Source: Eledone cirrhosa
Taxonomy: Eukaryota
Assembly (NCBI GenBank): GCA_964016885.1
Contig: OZ024757.1
Span: 5,456,001-5,520,000, forward strand
Length of the DNA: 64,000 nucleotides
Direction of reading: 5' to 3'
Below the pieces are notes generated by a model, which ran no database searches, was not told where the DNA came from, and saw nothing but the letters and a program-made list of their open reading frames with translations. The position numbers and the translations under genes are program-made. This document shows, one piece after another, positions 53,581-64,000 of this stretch. The first letter of the stretch is position 1. Each line of letters opens with the position of its first letter.

Positions 53581-56500
53581 GGGACAATAATATCTGCTTA
53601 CACACCCCAATGTGGACTGCCTGGCGTTATTAAAGACAGATTCTATGAGTCGCTAATGCTCACTACCTCCCAACTAACCGACAGTGACAACATAATTGTT
53701 GGCGACCTAAATGGTCATGTTGGACAACATTGTGATAGCTATGATGGAATCCATGGTGGCTACAGGTTTGGTACCAGAAATGAGGAAGGCTTTAGAATCC
53801 TGGAATTCTGTAACTCTAATAACCTAACTATCTGTAACACAAACTTTAAAAAACCAGACAATCACTTGATCACCTATAGATCAGGGGAATATGCCAGTCA
53901 GATAGATTATATCCTTACCAGAAGATGTGAAAAAGTGTCTGTTGTAAACACTATTTCCCTCCCCCGTGAAGAATGCACCTCCCAACATAGCTCATAGTTA
54001 GTGACCTCATAGTCAGGACGAGACTTATTCGGCAACAGAGGAGGACTACCCTGAGAAGAAGAATATGAAAGTTAAAGGACCCCACAACCAGTAACAAATT
54101 TAAAAGCAAATTACTTGATGCTTTTGACAGTAAAGAAGAGCAATTAGAGACGTACAATATAGAGGAACAGTGTGAATTCCTGAAAGTTAACTTGCTGAAG
54201 GCGACAGATGAAATCTGTAGCTGGAGCAGACCTATAGGCAGGAGGAGAATAACGTGGTGGTGGAACAGTAAGGTGGAGGAGTCAATCAAGGCCAAAAAGA
54301 GAGCTTGGAAAGTATGGCGGGATGGGGGAAGCAGAGAAGACTATCAAGTGGCCAGGAGGGAAGCTAGGAGACAAGTGTACTTTGCAAGAAGGGAAGCAGA
54401 AGAAATAAAGTTCAAGCATGTTCTACAACACGAGGACCAAAAACGTGAGGTGTTCAGGATTGCTAGGCAATGTGTCAAGGAAAACCGTGATATTGTCTGG
54501 GAGAAGTGTGCCCGAAATGATGATGGTATACTTGTCATCACTGATACAGATAAAAAGGTAGCTTGGAAGTGTCACTACGAGAGGCTACTAAATGAGGAGA
54601 ATAAGTGGGAAAAAGATAGTCTGCCCCAAATCAATCCAATAGAGGAACCAGCAATGCAAGTTGAAGGTTGTATAATAAGTAAGGCAATCAAAGATATGGA
54701 GACAGGCAAAGCAGCTGGGCCTTCAGAGATAGTTGCTGAAATGTTGAAAGCATCTGGATCGGTGGAACACACTATGGTCACCCAGAGAGTAAACCATGTC
54801 ATACAGAAGGGGGTTATACCAAATGACTGGCATAATAGCATCATCATCATTAACTGCTACAAGGGTAAAGGAGATGCCCTATATAGGGGAAACTATAGAG
54901 GCATTAAGGTAGTTGACCAGGTCATGAGGGTCACAGAAAGAGTTATTGCACAACTAATCAGAGACCGAATTGATCTAGATGAAATGTAGTTTGGGTTCCT
55001 GCCAGGTAAAAGTACCACAGTTGCTTTTTTCCTTGTACAGCAACTACAGGAGAAGTACCTAGCTAAAAGTAAACCCCTTATACTTAGCTTTTGTTGACTT
55101 GGAGAAAGCCTTTGACAGAGTCCCCCGCTCCATTATCTGGTGGGCCGTTAGAAATGTAGGAGTAGATGAATGGCTTGTGAGAGCTAGACAAGCCATGTAT
55201 AAAGAAACAGTCAGCAAGGTTAGCATTAACAATGAATATAGTGTAGAATTTAGCGTAAAAGTAGGTGTTCAGCAAGGCCCCATCCTTAGCTTCCTCCTGT
55301 TTATTATTGACCTTCAGGCTATAACAGAGGGGTTTAAGACCAGCTGCCCACGGGAACTTCTATATTCAGATGATCTAACTCTCCTAGCCGAATCTATGGC
55401 TGAACTACAGAAGAAATTCCAGAAATGGAGGCATGGCCTTGAATCAAAAGGCCTTAAAGTTAACTTGTCTAAGACTAAAGGTCTAGTATGTAGAAAAGAA
55501 AATAGGGCACTGGTGCCATGCTCTGTTTGTAGGAAAGGAGTAGGTAGAAATTCCATTCTATGTCCCAAATGCAAACTATGGATACATAAAAGATGTAGTG
55601 AGATCACAGGTAAGCTATCTAAGAACGTAGATTTTATATGTGGCCGATGCTCATGTGATATAAGCAGCAAGTACCCACAGGATACTAGCACCTTCTACTG
55701 CCCAGATGGTTCTATAGAAATAGTGACAAAATCAGCAGTGGTGGAGGGTGCTCTGAAAGTGTAGTAGCCAGAGTTAGAATGGGATGGATAAAGCTCAGAG
55801 AGCTAATACCGCTGCTAGACACAAAAAGTTTCTCTCTAAAAATGAAAGGCAAATTGTATGATGCTTGTATACGAACAGCAATGTTACATGGCAGTAAGAC
55901 ATGGGCATTGTGTGAGAGGACCTGCGCAGATTGGAAAGGAATGAGGCATGCATGATCTGTTGGATGTGTAATTGTAAGATACATGAAGGGCAAAACATAA
56001 AGGAACTAAGTGAGAATTAGGAATAAGAGGGATCAGATGCTGTTTACTTGAGAGAAGATTACGTTGGTATGGTCATGTGATGCGCATGAAAGATGACAGC
56101 TTTATAAAAAAGTGCAGGGTGATCAAAATTTGATGGAAGTTATGGAGTAGGTAGACCCAGAAAAACTTGGGACGACATAAAAATCCAACTTTGCACACTT
56201 ACACCTCTCTTAGACAATGTCACTGGATCGAGATCTATGGCACCACACAGTAACAGAGAAGACCTGCCTTCCCTACGTGCAAAGGTAACCTACAGTCAGT
56301 AGGACCCTCCTAACCAAATATACACCCAACCCACCACCCCTACTGCATCCTCCCACTCCCACCAACACCACCCTGTCTCTGTAAAGTTATGTTGGTACTA
56401 CAACATGCAGTCCAACCTAAAGAGGTAGTGTAGGTGTCATCACAAAATGGTTCCCAGTCCACACTGGAAATGTGGTTGGTGTTAGGAAGGGTATCCAGCT

Positions 56501-56638
56501 CTAGAAAACCTGCCAGCTACAGTCCTATACGAGTGAGACACTGTCACCCGATCAATCTTGCCTCAAGTGGGACAATTCCCGTCTAACCCATGCTAGCGTG
56601 GAAGATAGACATTAAATGATAATGATGATGATGATGAT
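53581..56638 (+). mobile_element. Near-full-length degenerate RTE LINE (EN, RT, PHD-like region, 3' UTR)
   Basis: GDLNGHVG, NYRGIK, DLEKAFDRVP, GVQQG, LLYSDD, WYGHVMRM and a (gat)n tail; several stops and frameshifts. Confidence 0.93.
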
Positions 56639-57415
56639 ATATAGTGTATATAATAGTTGTAATGTCACTGGTGCTGATCTATATCAGCCTTTCCCTTGGA
56701 CAACATGACATATAGTCTATATATATTGGACAATATTATATATAGTGTATATTTGGTGTATATAGTAGTTGTGAAAATATTCTATATACATATGTACACA
56801 CACACTGACAAACATGTATATACTTATAGAAGGGTCGGATGAGGAGTTCAAAGGCTGACCAAGTTACTCTCATGGAATGAGACAATGTATACACAAATAT
56901 ATACTATATATATGTATACAAACACATATATATTGTATAGTGAAGTCATACAACATATGGTAATATCATGTTTTCAATTGTCAGTTAGGGAGGTACATTG
57001 TGTCCTTAAGCAAGACACATCATTCCACATGTCTCTAATCTCCACAGCTGAAAAAGACAAGTAGCAGCTTTAGTTGGAGGTTTAGCATGGGTTGGATCAT
57101 TCTCTGCCTCCAACATTTTCCCTGCAGCCACAAACCCAGGCTTTACTACCTGCAATAGAGAGAAGAGGGAGATAGTTAAATACCGGGGCCTGACTCACCA
57201 CTTCCTCTTTGTCCCCACACTGCTGATTTCCTCCTCAAAATTAGAAAGACAGCAGCCCACTTGAGGAAGTAGTCCCATGAGGTGGGGTGGATGTTGCAGT
57301 GGGTGTCTCTGGCTATTCTCTGTGGTAACACCTTTGCCATTTTGTCTGTAGGGTGGGGCTACATCACAGCTCAAACTGAAATATAAAGTCTGTCCCTCTC
57401 CCGTTATTTTCGTTG

Positions 57416-57596
57416 GATTGGCAGTGTCGGTAGAGCGTCGGACGCCATGCTTTGTAGCAGAGAGTTTCCTCCCTTTATGATCTGAGTTCAAATCCCGCCA
57501 GGGTTAACTTCGCCTTTCATCCTTACGAGATCGATAAAATAAAGTACCAGTAATACACTGGGATAATTGCTGGCCTTGTGCCAAAAGTAGAAACAA
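57416..57596 (+). mobile_element. tRNA-derived SINE with 12-bp TSD
   Basis: TSD ttattttcgttg at 57404-57415 and 57597-57608. Confidence 0.88.
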
Positions 57597-57754
57597 TTAT
57601 TTTCGTTGTTTGATTCGTTTTTTTTTTTTCATGACTTAAATCTTTTATTACCTTTAATAATGTGTTTTGGTTTAATATGAACAGTTATATAACATTAATA
57701 ACGTTATTTATTCAAATCTGAATAAAGTACTAGCATATCTATTGAACGTATGAA

Positions 57755-58224
57755 TCTAAACTATAATAAAAGGAGGAGCGTGGGACTGCGTACGGTTTAT
57801 AATTGTTTATCCCATTAGTAAAATAAGTTGGATTACTTTGAATAAATAATGAATGAATATTACATAATTTATCTACTAAATTTCGTGGCTGTTGATTAAA
57901 TATATTTTGTTTGTTTAAAGATTCACTTCTTTAAAATTTCTGAAATGTCAACACTTCCGGTTGGTCATCACTTCAATAAACATACTAATTTTCTTCTAAT
58001 GCAATGTATATATAATATCGTCTTTTTTAATGTATCATGGATTACGTTACTTATTACATAAGACAGTGTAACACAGTCTTCGATCAATTTCTGTGTATTA
58101 TATATTGTCAATTATGATTTGATTTGATGTATCATATCTACATGTATATATATACTTGTGTATAATATCAATATACACACTACACATGCTAGCAGAAAAC
58201 CACCTGAAAGTGGTTTTCTGCTAG
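57755..58224 (+). mobile_element. Non-autonomous Helitron, 470 bp
   Basis: a|TCTAAACTATAATAAA...CTAG|t with no TSD; 15-bp terminal hairpin; empty site visible in the paralogous unit near 58490-58520. Confidence 0.8.
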
Positions 58225-59157
58225 TTCATATAACGGAAGTTGTTTCTGAATGTATTAAATTATGTAGGGGACTTTCAAGTCATGACACCGGTGTCAACTA
58301 GACAGTGGAAAGTTATCTACAGTGGCTCCATCGTTACAACTTATATCCACATTTATGTTTAACAAAATACTTTACATTTCCATTTCTTAAATATGTTATT
58401 ACCTTTAAAAATGTGTTTTGTTTTAATATGAACAGTTATGTAAAATTAATAATGTTATTTATACAAATCTGAATAAAGATTTAAAATATTGATTGAAGGT
58501 GTGAAGTAATATAACGGAAGTTGTTTCTGAATGTATTAAATTATGTGGGGGACTTTTAAGTCATGAGACCGGTGTCTACTAGACGTTGAAATATTACCAT
58601 TTATATCAGCTCCATTGTTACAACTTAAACCTCATCTAATTTTATCTTTATTGGTCTTGACAACTAAAGTACGTATTATTTCCTTTTCCACCACAACACA
58701 AACATTGTGAACTTTTCTATCTGAAGTGAAATATCTTGTTTATTACAACACTTACACACATATTTCTATACACACACACACACGTCTATTTCTCTCTCTC
58801 ATACCTACACACTGTATGTCTGTATATATATATATATGTATATATATTAATCTTCATCTTTTGAAATTATGGATATTAATTCTCTTGTCACTTGAACTGT
58901 CCTCAATAACAAGAACCTTAACTATAGAAGTCTTATTCGTCTGTTTTATGAGCTGAGGATTTTATTGTGAATAGAGCTTCTCTCACCTTAACAAAAATAA
59001 TAAAATACACACACACACACACAGACATATGTATATTAGCACTTGCTTTTTCTTCTCCCAAGATCAGTCTTACGCTTTCATACATCTTATTACTTTACCA
59101 ACTGAATGCTACATTTCTTAATATATGAGTGGAAGTAGTGAGATTCCTTTATGAAAT

Positions 59158-60066
59158 ATGTCTGAATATAGCTGTGAGATTTGCAGGAAAACTTTCTCTT
59201 CAAAACTGAAACTATCCTCACACGAGAAAATACACAGAGATAAACCCCTCCGCTGTGAAATATGTGGGAAATCTTTCACTAATAATTCTGCTCTTGTCAT
59301 CCACATACGGAGTCACACAGGAGAAAAACCCTTCAACTGTGAAATATGTGAGAAATCTTTTACTAATAATTCTGCTCTTGTCATCCACATACGGAGTCAC
59401 ACAGGAGAAAAACCCTTCAACTGTGAAATATGTGGTAAATCTTTTATTGATAATTCTAATCTTGTTGTCCACATACGGAGTGACACTGGAGAAAAACCCT
59501 TCCATTGTGAAATATGTGAGAAATATTTTACTAATAATTCTGCTCTTGTTATCCATATACGGAGGCACACTGGAGAAAAACCCTTCCACTGTGAGATATG
59601 TGAGAAATCTTTCATAAATAATTCTGCTCTTGTCATTCACAAAAGAACACACACTGGTGAAAAACCCTTCCATTGTGAAATATGTGGTAAATCTTTTTCT
59701 CAGAGTTCTCAACTTGAACATCACAAAAGAATACATACTGGTGAAAAACTCTTCCATTGTGAAATATGTGGGAAATCTTTTTCTCGTAGTTCTCATCTTG
59801 AACTTCACAAAAGAGTACACACAGGTGAAAAAACTTATTCATGTGAAATATGTGGTAAATCTTTTTCTCAGGGGTCAAATCTTGTAAAACACAAAAGAAT
59901 ACATACTGGTGAAAAACCTTATTCACGTGAAATATGTGGGAAATCTTTTTCTCAGAGTTCAAATCTTGTAAAACACAAAAGAATACATACTGGTGAAAAA
60001 CCTTATTCATGTGAAATGAGGTATATCTTTCACTCGGCATTCGTCAATGTTTGTTCACCTACGTAG
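59158..60066 (+). CDS. Single-exon C2H2 zinc-finger protein (10 finger units, 2 broken, plus a frameshifted 11th); possibly decaying
   Basis: Repeated CEICGKSF...H.R.H-TGEKP; finger 4 has H>D and finger 10 has C>R; no KRAB or other effector domain. Confidence 0.8.
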   Translation: MSEYSCEICRKTFSSKLKLSSHEKIHRDKPLRCEICGKSFTNNSALVIHIRSHTGEKPFNCEICEKSFTNNSALVIHIRSHTGEKPFNCEICGKSFIDNSNLVVHIRSDTGEKPFHCEICEKYFTNNSALVIHIRRHTGEKPFHCEICEKSFINNSALVIHKRTHTGEKPFHCEICGKSFSQSSQLEHHKRIHTGEKLFHCEICGKSFSRSSHLELHKRVHTGEKTYSCEICGKSFSQGSNLVKHKRIHTGEKPYSREICGKSFSQSSNLVKHKRIHTGEKPYSCEMRYIFHSAFVNVCSPT

Positions 60067-60520
60067 TCAACACTTGCGGTAAACACCATCACTGTGAAAT
60101 ATGAAAAACACAAATATCTAGACACACTTTGAAAGTCAGAATATAAAATGTGAAGCTTGAAAAATCTTAAACAACTCAACATATATGTTGTGTGTGTGTG
60201 TATATATATATATATTTTATTATTTTTATATTTTTAATACATTACTCAAAGGGAAGGAGTATACTGACATATATCAAAGATTACCACAATAACTAGGGAG
60301 CGGAGGACAAGATATGCTGGACATTGCTACTGAGGGTAGGATGAGCTGGCTACTGTGGTGGATACCTAAACATTGTAAGACACTAGTGGGATGACTGAGG
60401 TTGACCTACATAGATCAGATGTCCAGCTGGAGATTAATGATCTCAGGAATGCCATGGAAGATCGTGACATCTAAAAAAGAAGAGTAGAATTGTTCTGGCC
60501 AATCCACCTGACCTAATAAA

Positions 60521-60977
60521 TCTAAACTATAATAAAGTAAGGAGTGTGGGACTGTGTACGGTTTATAATTTTGTATCCCATTAGTAAAATAAGTTGCATT
60601 ACTTTGAATAAATAATGAATGAATATTACATAATTTATCTACTAAATTTCGTGGATGTTGATTAAATATATTTTGTTTATTTAAAGATTCCCTTTAAAAT
60701 TTCTGAAATGTCAACACTTCCGGTTAGCCATCGCTTAAATAAACATTCATATATTTCCGTCACTAATTTTCTCCTAATGCAGTTTATATATAATATCGTC
60801 TTTTTTAATGCATCATGGATTACGTTCCTGATTAAATAAGACAGAGTAACACAGTCTTTGTTCAATTTCTATGTATTATATATTCAATTACAATTTTATT
60901 TGATGTATCATATCTACATGTATATATATATACCTGTGTATAATATCAATATACACACTACACATGCTAGCAGAAAA
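60521..60977 (+). mobile_element. Second copy of the Helitron, truncated within the 3' hairpin
   Basis: Colinear with 57755-58199; begins a|TCTAAACTATAATAAA and ends gctagcagaaaa. Confidence 0.8.
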
Positions 60978-61147
60978 TAATAATAATATTAATATATATT
61001 GATGAACATTTATTATGTTGAAATATGTTGGAAATTATTCTCTGAGATTTTGTATTGTAATTAACAAATACACCCTGTAGAAAGTACCCCTTCATATTAT
61101 TTGTCATTAAGGGCTCTTACAGAGACATAATCTCATTTCATTGTTGA

Positions 61148-61515
61148 GGGTGGTGGATTTGCAGAATCAGTAGAGTGTCAGATGATATGCATTGTGTCAT
61201 AAAGTTACAGCCCTTTATGTTATGGGTTTAAATCATGCCATGGTCAACGTTGACTTTCATCCATTCAAGGTTGATAAAAAACAGTAACAGTAATGCACTG
61301 GGCCTGATTTAATTGGCATTCCCCTTTCTCTTCAAATTGCTGGCCTTGAGTCAAAAGTAGAAACATTTATTTAAAGTCTATAAAACAATAGATAGAATGT
61401 TTTCTGCCATATTTATCCTGGTTCTCTGCTCTCTGAGTTTAAATCCTGCTGAGGTCAACTTTCTGTCCTCCATTCAAGGTTGATAAAAAACAATACCAGT
61501 CTACCACTGGGGTCT
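61148..61515 (+). mobile_element. Two older SINE copies
   Basis: Diverged SINE head and core (ctttcatccattcaaggttgataaaaa). Confidence 0.65.
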
Positions 61516-62537
61516 GTTCTTCCTCTCTATATTTCTATCTCACTTCCTTCCTCTTATTCTCTCTCCTTATCTGGAAGAAATCAACTGTTCAAACCTGGAG
61601 AGAGAAGGGCTCCACCAAGCTTCAAATGTCCAGTGACACCCCTATGACTACATCATTTAAAAAAAAAAAAACGTTCATGTGTTTATTTAGTAAACCTTAA
61701 CTGGTTTATATTTATATTTATGACAAAATATCCACACGTGTAAATAAAATCAATTGCATAATTTTAATATTTGTTGGATGGTACTTTCATGACAGTTGAC
61801 ATTTTGACTTTTTAAAAAAATAATTCACATTTGAAAATACTTTACAACTTTCTTCTCTTTTTCTTCAGCCATTTATTTCTGAGAGGGTTGTAGGGGGTAG
61901 AGTCCTCACACCCCTTGTAGGTCCTATGTGTGTAAAATTTCCTCTTTACATTACACACACAACAACACATCAACCTGCACACACACACACCACATCAAAA
62001 GACCAAAACACACCACCACAACACACCACATACCACACCACAACACATACAAACCAGGTAGTTATACCAACCCAGTATCCTGATTTTAGTGTTTTTTTGT
62101 AATAAATCTCAACATCTCAGTTCTTACCAAGTGGAGTGGAACTCATCAGATTGGACCAAGGAAACAATGTTTCCATTGGTCTTTCCAATTGATGATAGTG
62201 TATATATTTATTTGCGTTGTGTTGCCAAACAATGTCAAAAGCCATTGACCTGCATCTTTGGTCAAGAAGGCCATTGGAGCGTCACTCAGAGAAGCTGATA
62301 CAGCAGCCAGCTTGACAGCCGATATAGGTAGCACCAACAATTATCACTACCATTAACAAGAGGAAGGCAACGACAGAAACAGTGAAAATAACAACGACCC
62401 CGCATCTTCGGTTAAAGAAGGCGTTCGAGCCCCAGCAGCCAACCTGGCAGCCCGAATAGGTTACAGTTTCAACTACCACCTACATCAACAAGAGGAAGGC
62501 AGCTACAGTAGCGGTGACATTAACAACAACAACATAT

Positions 62538-64000
62538 AATAATAATAATAATAATAATAATGAAATTATTGTGTACAGTGCTCAGATGCACTACAACTCA
62601 TCAAAGGTGCATGTATAGTACATAGAATAATGTACAAATGTCAGGAAAATGAACAGTGTACGAGTCATGATATAATAACAATAACAATAATGAAATATTG
62701 TGTACAGTGCCCAGGTGCACCACAACTCATCAAAAAAGTGCATGTACAGTACATAGGGCAATGCACAAACATCAGTAAAATGAACAGTGCACGAGTCATG
62801 TTACACACATGTGTGCATGTGTATGGAAGGGGTACATCAGGTGTAGTTTTGGCGTATTTCGGGAAGCATGAGTGTCTTAAAGGATGCAGTGTCTCGGCAG
62901 CTAACAATTGACGCAGGCAGTTTGCTCCATGCTTCAGCAACTCTGAGCGTGAAAAAATGTCTACGAAAGTCATGGGAGCTGTGCTGTTTTCTGATCTTGT
63001 AGGCATGTCCACGTGTGTTAGACACATGGAGATCAAAGAGGCGCTCAGGGTTGCAATTGGCCATATGGTTAATAACTTTGTGGGTATTTACCAAGTCCAT
63101 TGCCAGACGTCGGAGCTTCAATGAATCCATGCCCAGGGAAGCAAGGCGTTCAGAGTATGGTACGTGTCTGATGGAGGGTATGCGCTTGGTTGCACGTCTC
63201 TGAACAGTTTCCAGGAGGTCAATGTTCTGAGCAAGATAGGGGTTCCAGACTGATGATGCGAATTCCAAGTGTGGTCGTACCATAGCTGTATACAGTTTTA
63301 AATAGATGGCTGGAGAGCGGCTAACAAAGGTCTTGCTGAGTGATGCCAAGACACCCTCGGCCTTCTTGACAATCTTAGAGACATGCTTTGTCCAACGCAA
63401 ATCGTTGCTGACAGTAATGCCCAGGTCATGTTCACAAGAGGACTTTTTGATATCAGTGTTGTGGAGGGAGTATGTGGACGCTGGATTTTTCCTCCCAAAA
63501 TGCATGGTGGTACACTTGTCCACAGCCAGCTTCAGTTGCCAGTCTGTGATCCATTGCTGAATTGTGTCCAGGTCTGATTGTAGGAAAGAGTTGTAAATTT
63601 CAGGATCAGTCCTTTTGATTTCAAGGTATAGCTTGATGTCATCTGCATATTTTAGTACCGTGGCATTCTGTAAGTTGGCATCTATGTCGTTAATATATGC
63701 TACAAACAAAAGAGGACCAAGAACAGATCCCTGTGGTACACCAGATGACATCTCATATGGTGAAGAATGCTGTCCTAGAACCGTGACTACTTCTTTTCGG
63801 CTGAGAATGAAGGATTTCAACCAGTCGAAAAGACATCCCTCACACCCATTGCAGAGAGTTTTGCCATAAGTCTTTTGTGTGGCACAGAATTAAAAGCCTT
63901 AGCAAAGTCAAGGTAAACAACCTCCACCCATGAGCCGCTGTCAGTGATCCGGGTGATGTCCTCAAGGAACTCGATAAGCTGATCACAGCAGCTGGAGTTA
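62538..64000 (-). mobile_element. CR1-clade LINE: RT C-terminal half, 3' UTR and (TTA)n tail; continues beyond the window
   Basis: YLDFAKAF, SGVPQGSVLGPLLF, KYADD, VRPHLEFASSVWNPY, VQRRATK, TRGH, FFTLRV; frameshift near 63840. Confidence 0.93.

Noticed and set aside
59218-60040. Overlapping antisense and alternative-frame ORFs in the zinc-finger gene
   Set aside because: A by-product of the 84-bp finger periodicity.

Overview
This is AT-rich, repeat-dense animal genomic DNA; the repeat inventory and the KRAB-less C2H2 gene point to an octopus-type cephalopod (inference). It contains the last six coding exons of the H2B ubiquitin ligase Bre1 (RNF20/40 orthologue; + strand, 7867-22329, ending in the RING) and a partly decayed single-exon C2H2 zinc-finger ORF (59158-60066). 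Most of the rest is mobile DNA: many RTE-clade LINE fragments, a CR1 LINE, a CRE-like RLE retrotransposon remnant, tRNA-derived SINEs, a mariner derivative, piggyBac and pogo MITEs, Helitrons and Penelope-like fragments. Best leads: (1) four large tandem arrays in Bre1 introns, each traceable to a different TE segment, one of them flanked by a 111-bp duplication of Bre1 exon and donor sequence; (2) minimal type I hammerhead ribozymes, one canonical and one with a U3:A8 compensatory core, the latter beside an inverted copy that starts at its cleavage site; (3) a zinc-finger gene bracketed by direct Helitron copies; (4) a 72-nt hairpin next to a tRNA-like element. All alignments and folds were read by eye, so repeat edges are approximate.
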